64,000 nt of DNA, taken from contig CAVRCH010000014.1 of the NCBI GenBank assembly GCA_963719535.1, positions 51,914 through 115,913 of the forward strand, given 5' to 3'. Shown here piece by piece: positions 10,155-19,132 of this stretch (positions are counted from its first letter, which is position 1; each line of letters begins with the position of its first letter). This DNA comes from an uncultured Cytophagales bacterium. Its GTDB lineage: Bacteria; Bacteroidota; Bacteroidia; Cytophagales; Cyclobacteriaceae. A model generated the notes under the pieces. It was given only the letters and a program-made list of their open reading frames with translations. It was not told where the DNA came from and ran no database searches. Made by a program: the position numbers and the translations under genes.

Positions 10155-10185
10155 AGTCAGGTAGAAAATTTCTACCTGACTTTTT
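10155..10185 (+). terminator. intrinsic terminator
   Basis: AGTCAGGTAGAAA/TTTCTACCTGACT stem followed by a T-tract. Confidence 0.8.
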
Positions 10186-10196
10186 AAATTATATTT

Positions 10197-11573
10197 ATGA
10201 AATCCCTGATAATTTTCATGGGTATGATATTATTATGCCCAATTTTTGGATTTACGCAAAATAACAACCAGCAATATGAGTCTATTGACTCTATTAATCA
10301 TGGATCCTTCAATCCTAATGAGGCAAAATCATTTAAAGAATGGTTCCAAAAAGGAAATACCAGTGGATTAATCAGGATTAATATGATGTACACTTTTCGC
10401 CCCGATAGCAGAACCTATCATTCAGCTCTGGCCGTAGGTGGCAGACTGTATTATCACAGCTCCTATTGGAAAGGTTTTCAACTAGGTTTAGGTGGTTTAT
10501 ATGCTTATAACATAGCATCCACAAAATTAAATTCTAAGGATTATCAGTTTGCTCCTAAATGGGAGCGTCAACTATTTGATTTGCAAAATACAAGCAACAA
10601 ACATGATTTGGACAGGCTGGAAGAATTATTTGTAAAATATAGATACAAGGATTCTTATATTAAGGTAGGGAAAATGTTGGTCGAAACCCCATTTGTAAAT
10701 CCACAAGATTCGCGCATGAAGCCTTCTGCTTTTCAAGGGGTATGGTTCGATTGGCAAGAAGGCCATCGATTTGAAATTAATGGAGGAGTTTTTAATAAAG
10801 TTTCACCCAGAGCTACAACAGAGTGGGTAAGTATAGCTGAAAGTATAGGTCTCTATGATAGATTTGAAGAACCTGAGACCCATTCAATCATTCATAAAAA
10901 TATTAATTTATTGATGTTAGGCGGTCATTATAAAATTTCATCCAATTTGAATTATCATAACTGGCAGTATTTTGTTGATCAATTAAGCTACGTTAATTTT
11001 AATCAGCTGGAGTGGATAACAAATTCTTTTAAAATAGGCGTGCAATATGTGTTCCAGCAGGGAAGGGATGATCAACAAATATTTACTGATCAATTGAATA
11101 ACAATTACAATCAAATTATTTCGGGGCAATTACAATGGCGATTACCTAGATTGCAATTCTCCTACAATACCACCCTGAGTCTTTCTGATACACCATTTAT
11201 CTTCCCAAAAGAATGGGGGGCAGAGCCATTTTACACTTTCATAAGCCGCCATAGAATAGAAGGATTAGATGGGATTAATAGTCAGGCCTTAAAAATAGAT
11301 TTACAGCCCTTTAATAAATGGAATGATCTGAATATTGGTATTTACGGTGTGAGAACTTCATTTGAGGAAAAAGAGGATTCAGTAAATAATAAGATAAAAA
11401 ATAGTTATTTTAACCAGCTAAGTTTAGATATTCAAGCCAAATTTTACAAGGATTGGGAGAACCTGAGTTTCAGGTTTCTTAATACCTTGCTTTTCGCTAA
11501 TGAAGATGTTGTCAATCCCTTTTTAAAAGAAAAAATTTTCCATTCTCAACTCATTGTAAACTATAAATTTTAA
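10197..11573 (+). CDS. OprD-like outer membrane porin
   Basis: signal peptide; LDRLEELF, TPFVNPQDSRMKP motifs; terminal ...IVNYKF. Confidence 0.7.
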   Translation: MKSLIIFMGMILLCPIFGFTQNNNQQYESIDSINHGSFNPNEAKSFKEWFQKGNTSGLIRINMMYTFRPDSRTYHSALAVGGRLYYHSSYWKGFQLGLGGLYAYNIASTKLNSKDYQFAPKWERQLFDLQNTSNKHDLDRLEELFVKYRYKDSYIKVGKMLVETPFVNPQDSRMKPSAFQGVWFDWQEGHRFEINGGVFNKVSPRATTEWVSIAESIGLYDRFEEPETHSIIHKNINLLMLGGHYKISSNLNYHNWQYFVDQLSYVNFNQLEWITNSFKIGVQYVFQQGRDDQQIFTDQLNNNYNQIISGQLQWRLPRLQFSYNTTLSLSDTPFIFPKEWGAEPFYTFISRHRIEGLDGINSQALKIDLQPFNKWNDLNIGIYGVRTSFEEKEDSVNNKIKNSYFNQLSLDIQAKFYKDWENLSFRFLNTLLFANEDVVNPFLKEKIFHSQLIVNYKF

Positions 11574-11623
11574 GCATTCGGTTTACCTGTAAATATAAAT
11601 AGACTGATTTAAATCATGAATTT

Positions 11624-11667
11624 GTAACTTTTGTTACATGTAATTAAATGTTATAACATTAATTTTG
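11624..11667 (+). promoter_or_regulatory. GTAAC-N4-GTTAC operator plus -7 element
   Basis: GTAACTTTTGTTAC (11624-11637), 22 bp, TAATTTTG (11660-11667). Confidence 0.8.
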
Positions 11668-11744
11668 AATTTCATGTTAAAGTCAATCAGACAAAAAATG
11701 TGTTCAATAAAATCATCACCAAATAAATAAAAAACTCAGAATTT

Positions 11745-12320
11745 ATGAATCAAGTAATAGATTGGATAAGCCAACCATGGCCCTGGTATGTTGCAGGCCC
11801 TTTAATTGCACTGGTAATGTTTTCCATGTTGTTTTTCGGCAAGTCATTCGGACTTTCCTCTAACCTGAGAACTATGTGCTCAATATTGGGAGCAGGAAAA
11901 TCTTGCGATTTTTTCGATTTTAACTGGAGAGATCAAATGTGGAATCTAATTTTTGCCTCTGGCTTGGTATTGGGTGGTCTAATAACCCACTTGTATTTAA
12001 GTAATGATCAGGCTGCACATATTTCTGCTACCACAATTGCCGAGTTGCAAGCTTATGGAATAGAAAACCCCGGTAAAAATGTTGTACCGGAGGAAATTTT
12101 TAATTGGGAATCTTTACTGACAGTAAAAGGAATTATTTTTATGGTAGTAGGAGGCTTTTTAGTAGGATTTGGTACACGATATGCCGGTGGATGTACCTCC
12201 GGACATGCCATTTCCGGCCTAAGTGATTTACAACCTGCTTCTTTACTGGCTGTAATTGGCTTTTTTATTGGCGGCCTCGTAATGACTTATTTTATACTTC
12301 CCTACCTGCTAGTACTTTAA
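11745..12320 (+). CDS. YeeE/YedE family sulfur-compound transporter subunit
   Basis: PWPWYVAGP; GFGTRYAGGCTSGHAISG motif. Confidence 0.9.
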   Translation: MNQVIDWISQPWPWYVAGPLIALVMFSMLFFGKSFGLSSNLRTMCSILGAGKSCDFFDFNWRDQMWNLIFASGLVLGGLITHLYLSNDQAAHISATTIAELQAYGIENPGKNVVPEEIFNWESLLTVKGIIFMVVGGFLVGFGTRYAGGCTSGHAISGLSDLQPASLLAVIGFFIGGLVMTYFILPYLLVL

Positions 12321-12347
12321 TTCAAACACCTTACTGTAAAAAAAGAA

Positions 12348-12761
12348 ATGAAATTTTTTAGATATTTATTAATAGGCACAATATTCGGGATAACACTGGC
12401 AAAAGCTGAAGTGATTTCCTGGTTTAGAATTTATGAAATGTTCAAATTCCAATCATTTCATATGTATGGAGTTATAGGATCAGCCATTTTTGTAGGCATT
12501 ATAGTGATTCAACTTATAAAAAGAAAAAAGTTAAAATCTATTGATGGAGAACCTATCCTTATTGTCCCTAAGCAATTCAGTTGGGCACGTTATTTAATTG
12601 GTGGTTCCATTTTTGGTTTAGGTTGGGCTATTACCGGAGCTTGTCCGGGTCCCATGTTTATTTTATTGGGCAATGGCGTAGGAGTAATGTTAATAGTAAT
12701 AGCATCAGCCGTTTTAGGTACCTATGTTTATGGTAAAATCAGACATAAATTGCCTCATTAA
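12348..12761 (+). CDS. YeeE/YedE family sulfur-compound transporter subunit
   Basis: GGSIFGLGWAITGACPGP motif; paired with the upstream subunit. Confidence 0.9.
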   Translation: MKFFRYLLIGTIFGITLAKAEVISWFRIYEMFKFQSFHMYGVIGSAIFVGIIVIQLIKRKKLKSIDGEPILIVPKQFSWARYLIGGSIFGLGWAITGACPGPMFILLGNGVGVMLIVIASAVLGTYVYGKIRHKLPH

Positions 12762-12784
12762 TTATCACAAAATAATCTATTTAA

Positions 12785-13381
12785 ATGATGAAAAAAAGCA
12801 CTAAAAAAAGCTTAATTGAATATGCTGTTATTTTGAGCATATTTGGTGGCCTATATATCACTGGATTGCACACGGAGGTAATTGGGTTCGTGCAACGCGG
12901 AGTATTGGCAACAGGTTTAATGGATCCAGACACAGAAAAAATAGAAGAATTCACTGGTGAGCTTACTTACCCGAAAGCAGATTATTCTATGCAATTGGTT
13001 AATTCCAGAGGAGAAAAAGTGGAAATGGAATCTTTGAGAGGAAAGGTAATTTTCTTAAATATTTGGGCCAGCTGGTGTCCACCCTGCCTGGCTGAAATGC
13101 CAGGCATCAACAAGCTTTACAAGGACGTTGAAAAAGATAAAGTAGCCTTTATTATGCTTTCAGTAGATGACGAATTTTCTAAAGCGATAAAATTGCATCA
13201 AAAAAAAGGTTTTGATTTTGAGATTTACCAAGTTCCAAGTGGATTACCGGCATTGTATTATTCTCAAAGCATACCTACAACCTACGTGATAAATGCCCAA
13301 GGTGAGTTAGTACTAACCCATGAAGGTATGGGAGATTTTAATACCAAAGATTTTAGAGCATTTTTAAAATCTTTGGAGTAG
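12785..13381 (+). CDS. TlpA-family thiol-disulfide reductase
   Basis: N-terminal TM anchor; GKVIFLNIWASWCPPCLAEMP; SIPTT cis-Pro loop. Confidence 0.92.
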   Translation: MMKKSTKKSLIEYAVILSIFGGLYITGLHTEVIGFVQRGVLATGLMDPDTEKIEEFTGELTYPKADYSMQLVNSRGEKVEMESLRGKVIFLNIWASWCPPCLAEMPGINKLYKDVEKDKVAFIMLSVDDEFSKAIKLHQKKGFDFEIYQVPSGLPALYYSQSIPTTYVINAQGELVLTHEGMGDFNTKDFRAFLKSLE

Positions 13382-13472
13382 TTACATAATATTGTAAAAT
13401 TTCAATTCTTTTAGAAGTGTTTAGCATTTTAGTCTATCACTTCTCTTTACAAAAAATAATAAGATTATGAGT

Positions 13473-13516
13473 GTAACAAATGTTACTAAACATTGATAAG
13501 CGATAAGCTATCTTTC
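13473..13516 (+). promoter_or_regulatory. GTAAC-N4-GTTAC operator plus -7-like element
   Basis: GTAACAAATGTTAC (13473-13486), 22 bp, TATCTTTC (13509-13516). Confidence 0.75.
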
Positions 13517-13536
13517 ATAAAATAAATATCAAAATT

Positions 13537-13752
13537 ATGAAATCAAATATGGGAACAGCTGATAAAATCATCAGGATTTTATTAGCTATTACTGTAGGTA
13601 TCTTATACTTTACAGGAATTATCAATGGAACAATAGCTATAATTTTAGGGATTTTAGCGCTAGTATTCGTGGTAACCAGCTTTATCAGTTTTTGTCCACT
13701 TTATTTACCCTTTGGTATTTCTACAAAAAGTATAAATTATGATGATAAGTAA
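13537..13752 (+). CDS. DUF2892 (YgaP-like) membrane protein
   Basis: NMGTADKIIR...two TM helices...FCPLYLPFGIST. Confidence 0.9.
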   Translation: MKSNMGTADKIIRILLAITVGILYFTGIINGTIAIILGILALVFVVTSFISFCPLYLPFGISTKSINYDDK

Positions 13753-14237
13753 TTGAAAATAATTTTAGCTTGATAAGGTGATTTTTAAATAATCTTATCC
13801 ATGATGTTATTTTTTCAATATATTAAATTTATTTTCGAGGTTTGCTTAATTCCAGATCATTTTTACCTTGGGTTCAAGGAGTGTCAGAGTCAAATGAGGG
13901 CACTGATAGATATTTCTTATTAATCGAAGGTTTAGTAAAACAAGGTTTTGTACAAAGGGATTTAAATAGTAGATCGTCATTTCAAAGTGCCCAGTTTGTC
14001 ACTATCAAAAAAATAAAAGGATAGGCTACCCCTACATAAAATCCTTTAATAGTAAAAAAACACCTAACTAAATCGATTTTTTTTGATATATCTTAGTTAT
14101 TATAACAGTTATCCTTTAAGGTGTAGCCCTAAAAAGAATTAGTATATAACTTCTAGTAGTCCCTATTAAAGCATCTAATAACTTGCAATTAGATCTATTT
14201 ACAATTATTAATGACCAACCCATCACAGCTTTCTATT

Positions 14238-14279
14238 TAAGGGTATTCCCTGGTATTTAGAATTCAGAGAATGCCCTGA
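14238..14279 (+). promoter_or_regulatory. paired palindromic sites, candidate response-regulator boxes
   Basis: TAAGGGTATTCCCTGG (14238-14253) and TCAGAGAATGCCCTGA (14264-14279) upstream of the lipoprotein operon. Confidence 0.4.
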
Positions 14280-14335
14280 GCTTATTTTTGACGTTTTCCA
14301 TTAGCTTGCATAAATACGTCAAATAAACATTTATC

Positions 14336-15877
14336 ATGAAAAATATTCTTAAAGTTGTAAGTATCTCATTATGCATTCTTGTTTTTGCACAATGCGCTAA
14401 AGAAGAAAAGATAATAAACGAGGCTCCAAATGCCTTTGAGGTGACCACAATTGTTTCGTTCAATTCCGCAACAATCAATTGGACAAGGTCTACAGATCCG
14501 GATGGAGATGAAATAAGCTATTCAGTCCTTTTGGGACAACAAACCTTATTGCCAAGCAGCCCCGATACTGAATATGAGCTTACAGGGCTTGACTATGAAA
14601 CTTCTTATTCCGGTAAGGTGATCGCCTCGGACCCTGAAGGAATGACTTCTGAAGCAAGCTACACATTTGTTACCACCTCCAGACCCAACACCGCCCCTAC
14701 TGCTGCGGTCTTGCTAACGCCCACCACTAATGAACAAGAAGTTTCATTTACACCTGAATTTACCTGGGAAGCCGCTACAGATGCAGAGAATGACGCCATT
14801 CTATATGATGTATACCTGGATACTACCAATGACCCAACAACAAAAATTGCGGAGAACATTACCGCAACTTCGTTTCAACTTACAACTGGGATAGAAAGCA
14901 ACACCCTATATTTCTGGCGTGTTGTGACCAAGGATAGTTTTGGCGCTGAGACGGAAAGTACCTTAAGTAATTTTACAACACGTGATTTGGTCTTTGCCAC
15001 GCAAATTACGAGTAATGCGCCTTTTGAGGCTAGAGCAATACACACTTCTGTAGTATTCGATAACAAAATGTGGGTCATCGGCGGGGTAACCTGTTGTGGC
15101 GCTCGATATGAAGATATTTGGTACAGTAGTGATGGAGAAAATTGGACCGAAGCGACATCGAGTGCGCCCTTTGGTCCTCGCGGCAGACATGCTTCGGTTG
15201 TTTTTGACAATAAAATGTGGGTAATAGGTGGTGACAATTGGTACTCGGCCGGAAACGAGTTAAATGATGCCTGGTATACCGAAGATGGGGAAAACTGGGT
15301 GCAAGCAACTGCCGACGGTGGCTTTGAACCTCGTTTTGGACATAAAGTTGTCGCCTTTGATAACAAGATTTGGCTCTTTGGCGGAAGGGACGTGAACAAT
15401 TCATTTAATGGAAAACAAGTATGGTATAGCGAAGATGGTGTTACCTGGACACAGGCAATACAAGATGCAGGCATCAATCTAAATCTTTCCGAATTCATTG
15501 TATTTGAAGGTAAGATTTGGAGAATAGGAGCATATTCAGATACAAATATTTATAGCACTACGGATGGAATCAACTGGACATTGGAAGCCGAAAATGCGCC
15601 CTTCGGCCAGCGGCACTACCATTCTCTGACTGTCTGGGACAACAAAATATGGCTACTAGGTGGCTCTAACAAAGCGACCAATGAGCTCATAGAATTAACC
15701 GATGTATGGTATTCCGAGGATGGTGTTAACTGGCAAATCGCATCAGAAGATGCAGGGTTTACGCCCACCGCATCGCAGGCCGCCTTGACCTTTGAAAACA
15801 AAATCTGGAAAATAGCCGGTGGTGGTGGTTTTCAGAGTTCTGCGGTATACAATGATGTATGGACCATTGGGTATTAA
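14336..15877 (+). CDS. lipoprotein with Fn3/Ig-like domains and Kelch-type beta-propeller
   Basis: lipobox FAQC; DPDGDEISY and YFWRVVTKD Fn3-like segments; repeated H..VVFDNKMWVIGG...WYSEDG.NW blades. Confidence 0.8.
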   Translation: MKNILKVVSISLCILVFAQCAKEEKIINEAPNAFEVTTIVSFNSATINWTRSTDPDGDEISYSVLLGQQTLLPSSPDTEYELTGLDYETSYSGKVIASDPEGMTSEASYTFVTTSRPNTAPTAAVLLTPTTNEQEVSFTPEFTWEAATDAENDAILYDVYLDTTNDPTTKIAENITATSFQLTTGIESNTLYFWRVVTKDSFGAETESTLSNFTTRDLVFATQITSNAPFEARAIHTSVVFDNKMWVIGGVTCCGARYEDIWYSSDGENWTEATSSAPFGPRGRHASVVFDNKMWVIGGDNWYSAGNELNDAWYTEDGENWVQATADGGFEPRFGHKVVAFDNKIWLFGGRDVNNSFNGKQVWYSEDGVTWTQAIQDAGINLNLSEFIVFEGKIWRIGAYSDTNIYSTTDGINWTLEAENAPFGQRHYHSLTVWDNKIWLLGGSNKATNELIELTDVWYSEDGVNWQIASEDAGFTPTASQAALTFENKIWKIAGGGGFQSSAVYNDVWTIGY

Positions 15878-15892
15878 TCTTAAATCAAGAAA

Positions 15893-18157
15893 ATGACAAC
15901 TTACGCCTTAAAAACTACCTTCATTCTCTTTATTTTCACAGTATTACTTGCTTGCAATAAAGAAGAGGCTTTACCGGAAGAACCGATTACAGGAAACCCA
16001 AAATTAGAAACTAACATTTCTGGAGCGGTTCTTTTACCTGCTGGCAGCGCTATTGATGTGAACAGTCTCAACATCCTTTCACCAATGGATATGTTTACCA
16101 TTACCGATGGTACTTATGAAATCACTACCTTAGAGAATGAATTTCTTACTCTAATGGTGACCGATGAGAATGGTGAAGTTATCCTAATGGGATACGCTTA
16201 TCCCGAACAGACTGATTTTGAAATTAACTCAACCTCCACAGTGCTTGCCATACTTATGAACATGCCCATATCTTTAGTATTGGAAAAGAAAGCGAAACGA
16301 GAACTGATTACGCTGCTTTTAAATGATTCCAACTTTAAACAGGTTGTAACTAATTTCGAAAAAACGCTACTTGAGGGTACAAACCCCCTAGAAACGTCGA
16401 ATACTTTTTTTGCTGAAACAATAGACGTATTTTACAGACAGCTATTGTTTCCAGAAGCCAACAAGAGTGCTAAGCTGGACTATTCTTTTGACCCTGTAGA
16501 TGTAAGAGTGACCAATAATGAAATTACTTTTGTAAACCTTGGTAAAACCTATGAGACGGTAATCGGCATTTATAAAGATGACGTAAAAATAGAAAACATC
16601 AATGTAGAGCGTGTTACCTTTATACCGACCACGGTTGGGGATGCCATAGGCGCTTTTGCAAGTGCCTATGGGGGCACCGAACTATCTAGCGGTCTGCAAC
16701 CCGTGGAATACACGTACACCTTTGAGAATGAGGGGCAGTATGACATTAAAATCAGAACAAGCAAATTGGTGGACGATGCCATTGAAAATGATATAGCCCT
16801 CTTGAACAACATTACCAACTGGGGCGTTGACCTTATTTTAGAAATACTGCCCTTAGGCGATTGTGTCCAGCCCATCATCGCGGACTTTAAACAGCATGCG
16901 CAGACATTTGGTTCCTTTCCTGATGCGACCACCGAACAGGAAAAACTGGGACTATTATATGACGTGCTGTATACTTTTTTTAACCAGACCAAAACCCTTA
17001 TTACGTGCTTAGGTAGTGCGGAAGAACTGGAAGATTACCTAAAGAAGTTCGGTACAGTACTTAAATTTGTTGACCTTATTGGGAAAATTGGTAATGGTGG
17101 CAATATCTTATTGGGCATTACGCAATTGGTTGCCGATGAAGGTAAAATGGACCTTTGCTATAACGTGTCGGAGGGCGTTGCATCGGAATGTGCAGGAAAT
17201 GATGTCTATATCGTTGGTTTTAGCAGAGTTGGAAATGGCAATCAAGAAGCCACAATTTGGAAAAATGGAGTCGCCACTGTATTGAGCAATGGTAGTAATA
17301 CGGATGGTAGTTATCATGGTTCTTTTGCGGAGTCGGTTTATGTATCTGGTACTGATGTATATGTAGTTGGGTATGAAACATATACTAATGGAAAAGATGC
17401 TGCTAAACTGTGGAAAAACGGAGTAGTCACTTCATTAACAGATGGTAATGCTCTTACACAATCTCGTGCTAATTCAGTCTACATATCGGAAAATAATATC
17501 TATATAGCTGGTTATGAATCTTTTAATACTACTCTTGTTGCTAAACTGTGGAAAAACGGCGAAGCCATTTCGTTAACAGATGGAGGTATTTTCAGTGAGG
17601 CTTATTCAGTTCATGTCTATGGTAATGATGTCTATGTTTCGGGTGTTAATAGTATTTATAATGAAAATATGGATAGAAATACTGTAGTTGCTACTATCTG
17701 GAAAAATGGTGTTGCCACTTCATTAACGGATGGCACCTCGTTTTCTTCTGCAAGGTCGGTCTATGTATCGGGTAGTGATGTCTATGTGTCGGGTTCTGAA
17801 GATGAAGGAGGTCAAAGAATAGCCAAAGTTTGGAAAAATGGAGTGGCTACTTTTTTAACAGATAGTAATAATGCTAGTGCAGAGTCAGTCTATGTATCGG
17901 GTAGCGATGTCTATGTGGCTGGTTTTGAAGATGAAGGAGGTTCAAGAATAGCTAAAGTCTGGAGAAACGGTGTGGCTAATTCCTTGACAGATGGTACTAA
18001 TTATTCGGTTGCTCGTTCAGTCTATGTCTCAAGTACTGATATCTATGTGGTGGGTTATGATAGGGGTGGTGCTAAATTATGGAAAAATGGTATGGTTATT
18101 CCTTTAACCGAAGACAATGCGGCATCGTCTGCAAATTCAGTATTCGTCAAAGAATAG
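15893..18157 (+). CDS. lipoprotein with C-terminal beta-propeller repeats
   Basis: lipobox LLAC; about six DVYV.G.E...AK.WKNG.A..LTDG...A.SVYVS repeats. Confidence 0.8.
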   Translation: MTTYALKTTFILFIFTVLLACNKEEALPEEPITGNPKLETNISGAVLLPAGSAIDVNSLNILSPMDMFTITDGTYEITTLENEFLTLMVTDENGEVILMGYAYPEQTDFEINSTSTVLAILMNMPISLVLEKKAKRELITLLLNDSNFKQVVTNFEKTLLEGTNPLETSNTFFAETIDVFYRQLLFPEANKSAKLDYSFDPVDVRVTNNEITFVNLGKTYETVIGIYKDDVKIENINVERVTFIPTTVGDAIGAFASAYGGTELSSGLQPVEYTYTFENEGQYDIKIRTSKLVDDAIENDIALLNNITNWGVDLILEILPLGDCVQPIIADFKQHAQTFGSFPDATTEQEKLGLLYDVLYTFFNQTKTLITCLGSAEELEDYLKKFGTVLKFVDLIGKIGNGGNILLGITQLVADEGKMDLCYNVSEGVASECAGNDVYIVGFSRVGNGNQEATIWKNGVATVLSNGSNTDGSYHGSFAESVYVSGTDVYVVGYETYTNGKDAAKLWKNGVVTSLTDGNALTQSRANSVYISENNIYIAGYESFNTTLVAKLWKNGEAISLTDGGIFSEAYSVHVYGNDVYVSGVNSIYNENMDRNTVVATIWKNGVATSLTDGTSFSSARSVYVSGSDVYVSGSEDEGGQRIAKVWKNGVATFLTDSNNASAESVYVSGSDVYVAGFEDEGGSRIAKVWRNGVANSLTDGTNYSVARSVYVSSTDIYVVGYDRGGAKLWKNGMVIPLTEDNAASSANSVFVKE

Positions 18158-18188
18158 AGAGGTAATACGATACTTAACCTAAGAACAA

Positions 18189-19076
18189 ATGAGACTAATA
18201 AGTTACATTTTAGTATTCGCATTAACAGCGAATTATACGATTATGAGAGCCCAATTGCCAAAACATGTGGAATTACATGAACTGGGAATACAATTTGAAA
18301 TCCCGGATGGTTGGTCTGGTGGAATACAAGGTGATTACATTCTTTTAGGCCATGAGACCCTACCCGGTATGATGATGCTGCTCCAAAACCACAGTAAAAG
18401 CCCACAGGAGTTAAAAAAATTAGCGGACAAAGGTATTAAAGAAGATGGCGTATCCCTCCATCCATCAGGGGAATTCAAGGTTGTAAACAACAAAAGAGTA
18501 CAAGGATACTATGAGGGCATATATGATGGTACCGAAGTAAAATCCTTCGCAGTAGGATTGCTAAATGATTTTGGCAGTGGCCTAAGTCTATTGATTATGA
18601 CGGAAAGGAACAAATTCTCTAACCTTCATGAACAGGAAGCGGAAAAACTTTTAAAAACGGTTCGCTTCTCCGAACCTAAGAGGGAAAATAACGATGCAGT
18701 ACAATTTTGGAAAGACAGGCTTGTGGGCAAGACCTTAAAATACATGTTCACGAGGTCCAGTCACGATTATAATGGAGGCTCTTCAGGGTACAACGAAAGC
18801 AGGACGGTGAGTCTTTGCGACAATGGTCGTTTCTCCTATTATTCCAGCGCGAATGCCTCTATGGATACCGCAACGAATGCTAATCGCTATAACAACACTA
18901 AAACTAACAGTACCGGAAATTATGAGATCTATACGGCCCAAAATGTGGTATGGCTAAATTTAAGTTTTGACAATGCAGAAGTATATACCTTAGAATTGAC
19001 CACTGATGATTCTGGTTTAAAAACTTTTATTGATGGTGCTCGCTATATGTTGGATGGAGAATCAATGTGTCAATAG
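18189..19076 (+). CDS. exported hypothetical protein
   Basis: 295-aa ORF with signal peptide, in operon arrangement. Confidence 0.7.
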   Translation: MRLISYILVFALTANYTIMRAQLPKHVELHELGIQFEIPDGWSGGIQGDYILLGHETLPGMMMLLQNHSKSPQELKKLADKGIKEDGVSLHPSGEFKVVNNKRVQGYYEGIYDGTEVKSFAVGLLNDFGSGLSLLIMTERNKFSNLHEQEAEKLLKTVRFSEPKRENNDAVQFWKDRLVGKTLKYMFTRSSHDYNGGSSGYNESRTVSLCDNGRFSYYSSANASMDTATNANRYNNTKTNSTGNYEIYTAQNVVWLNLSFDNAEVYTLELTTDDSGLKTFIDGARYMLDGESMCQ

Positions 19077-19132
19077 CCATTATTAACAAACCATAATAAA
19101 TTGTATATTTATAGGGCTGAAACTTAATCGTT

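Noticed and set aside
13842-14131. 60-aa ORF and weak inverted repeat (taggctacccct / aggtgtagcccta) as an IS remnant
   Set aside because: TTG start, no recognisable motif, and the repeat is too short and imperfect.
14659-17317. Several antisense or nested ORFs within the lipoprotein genes
   Set aside because: They are shadows of long, well-supported ORFs. The same applies to those inside ychF, katG, aceA/aceB and the RND pump.
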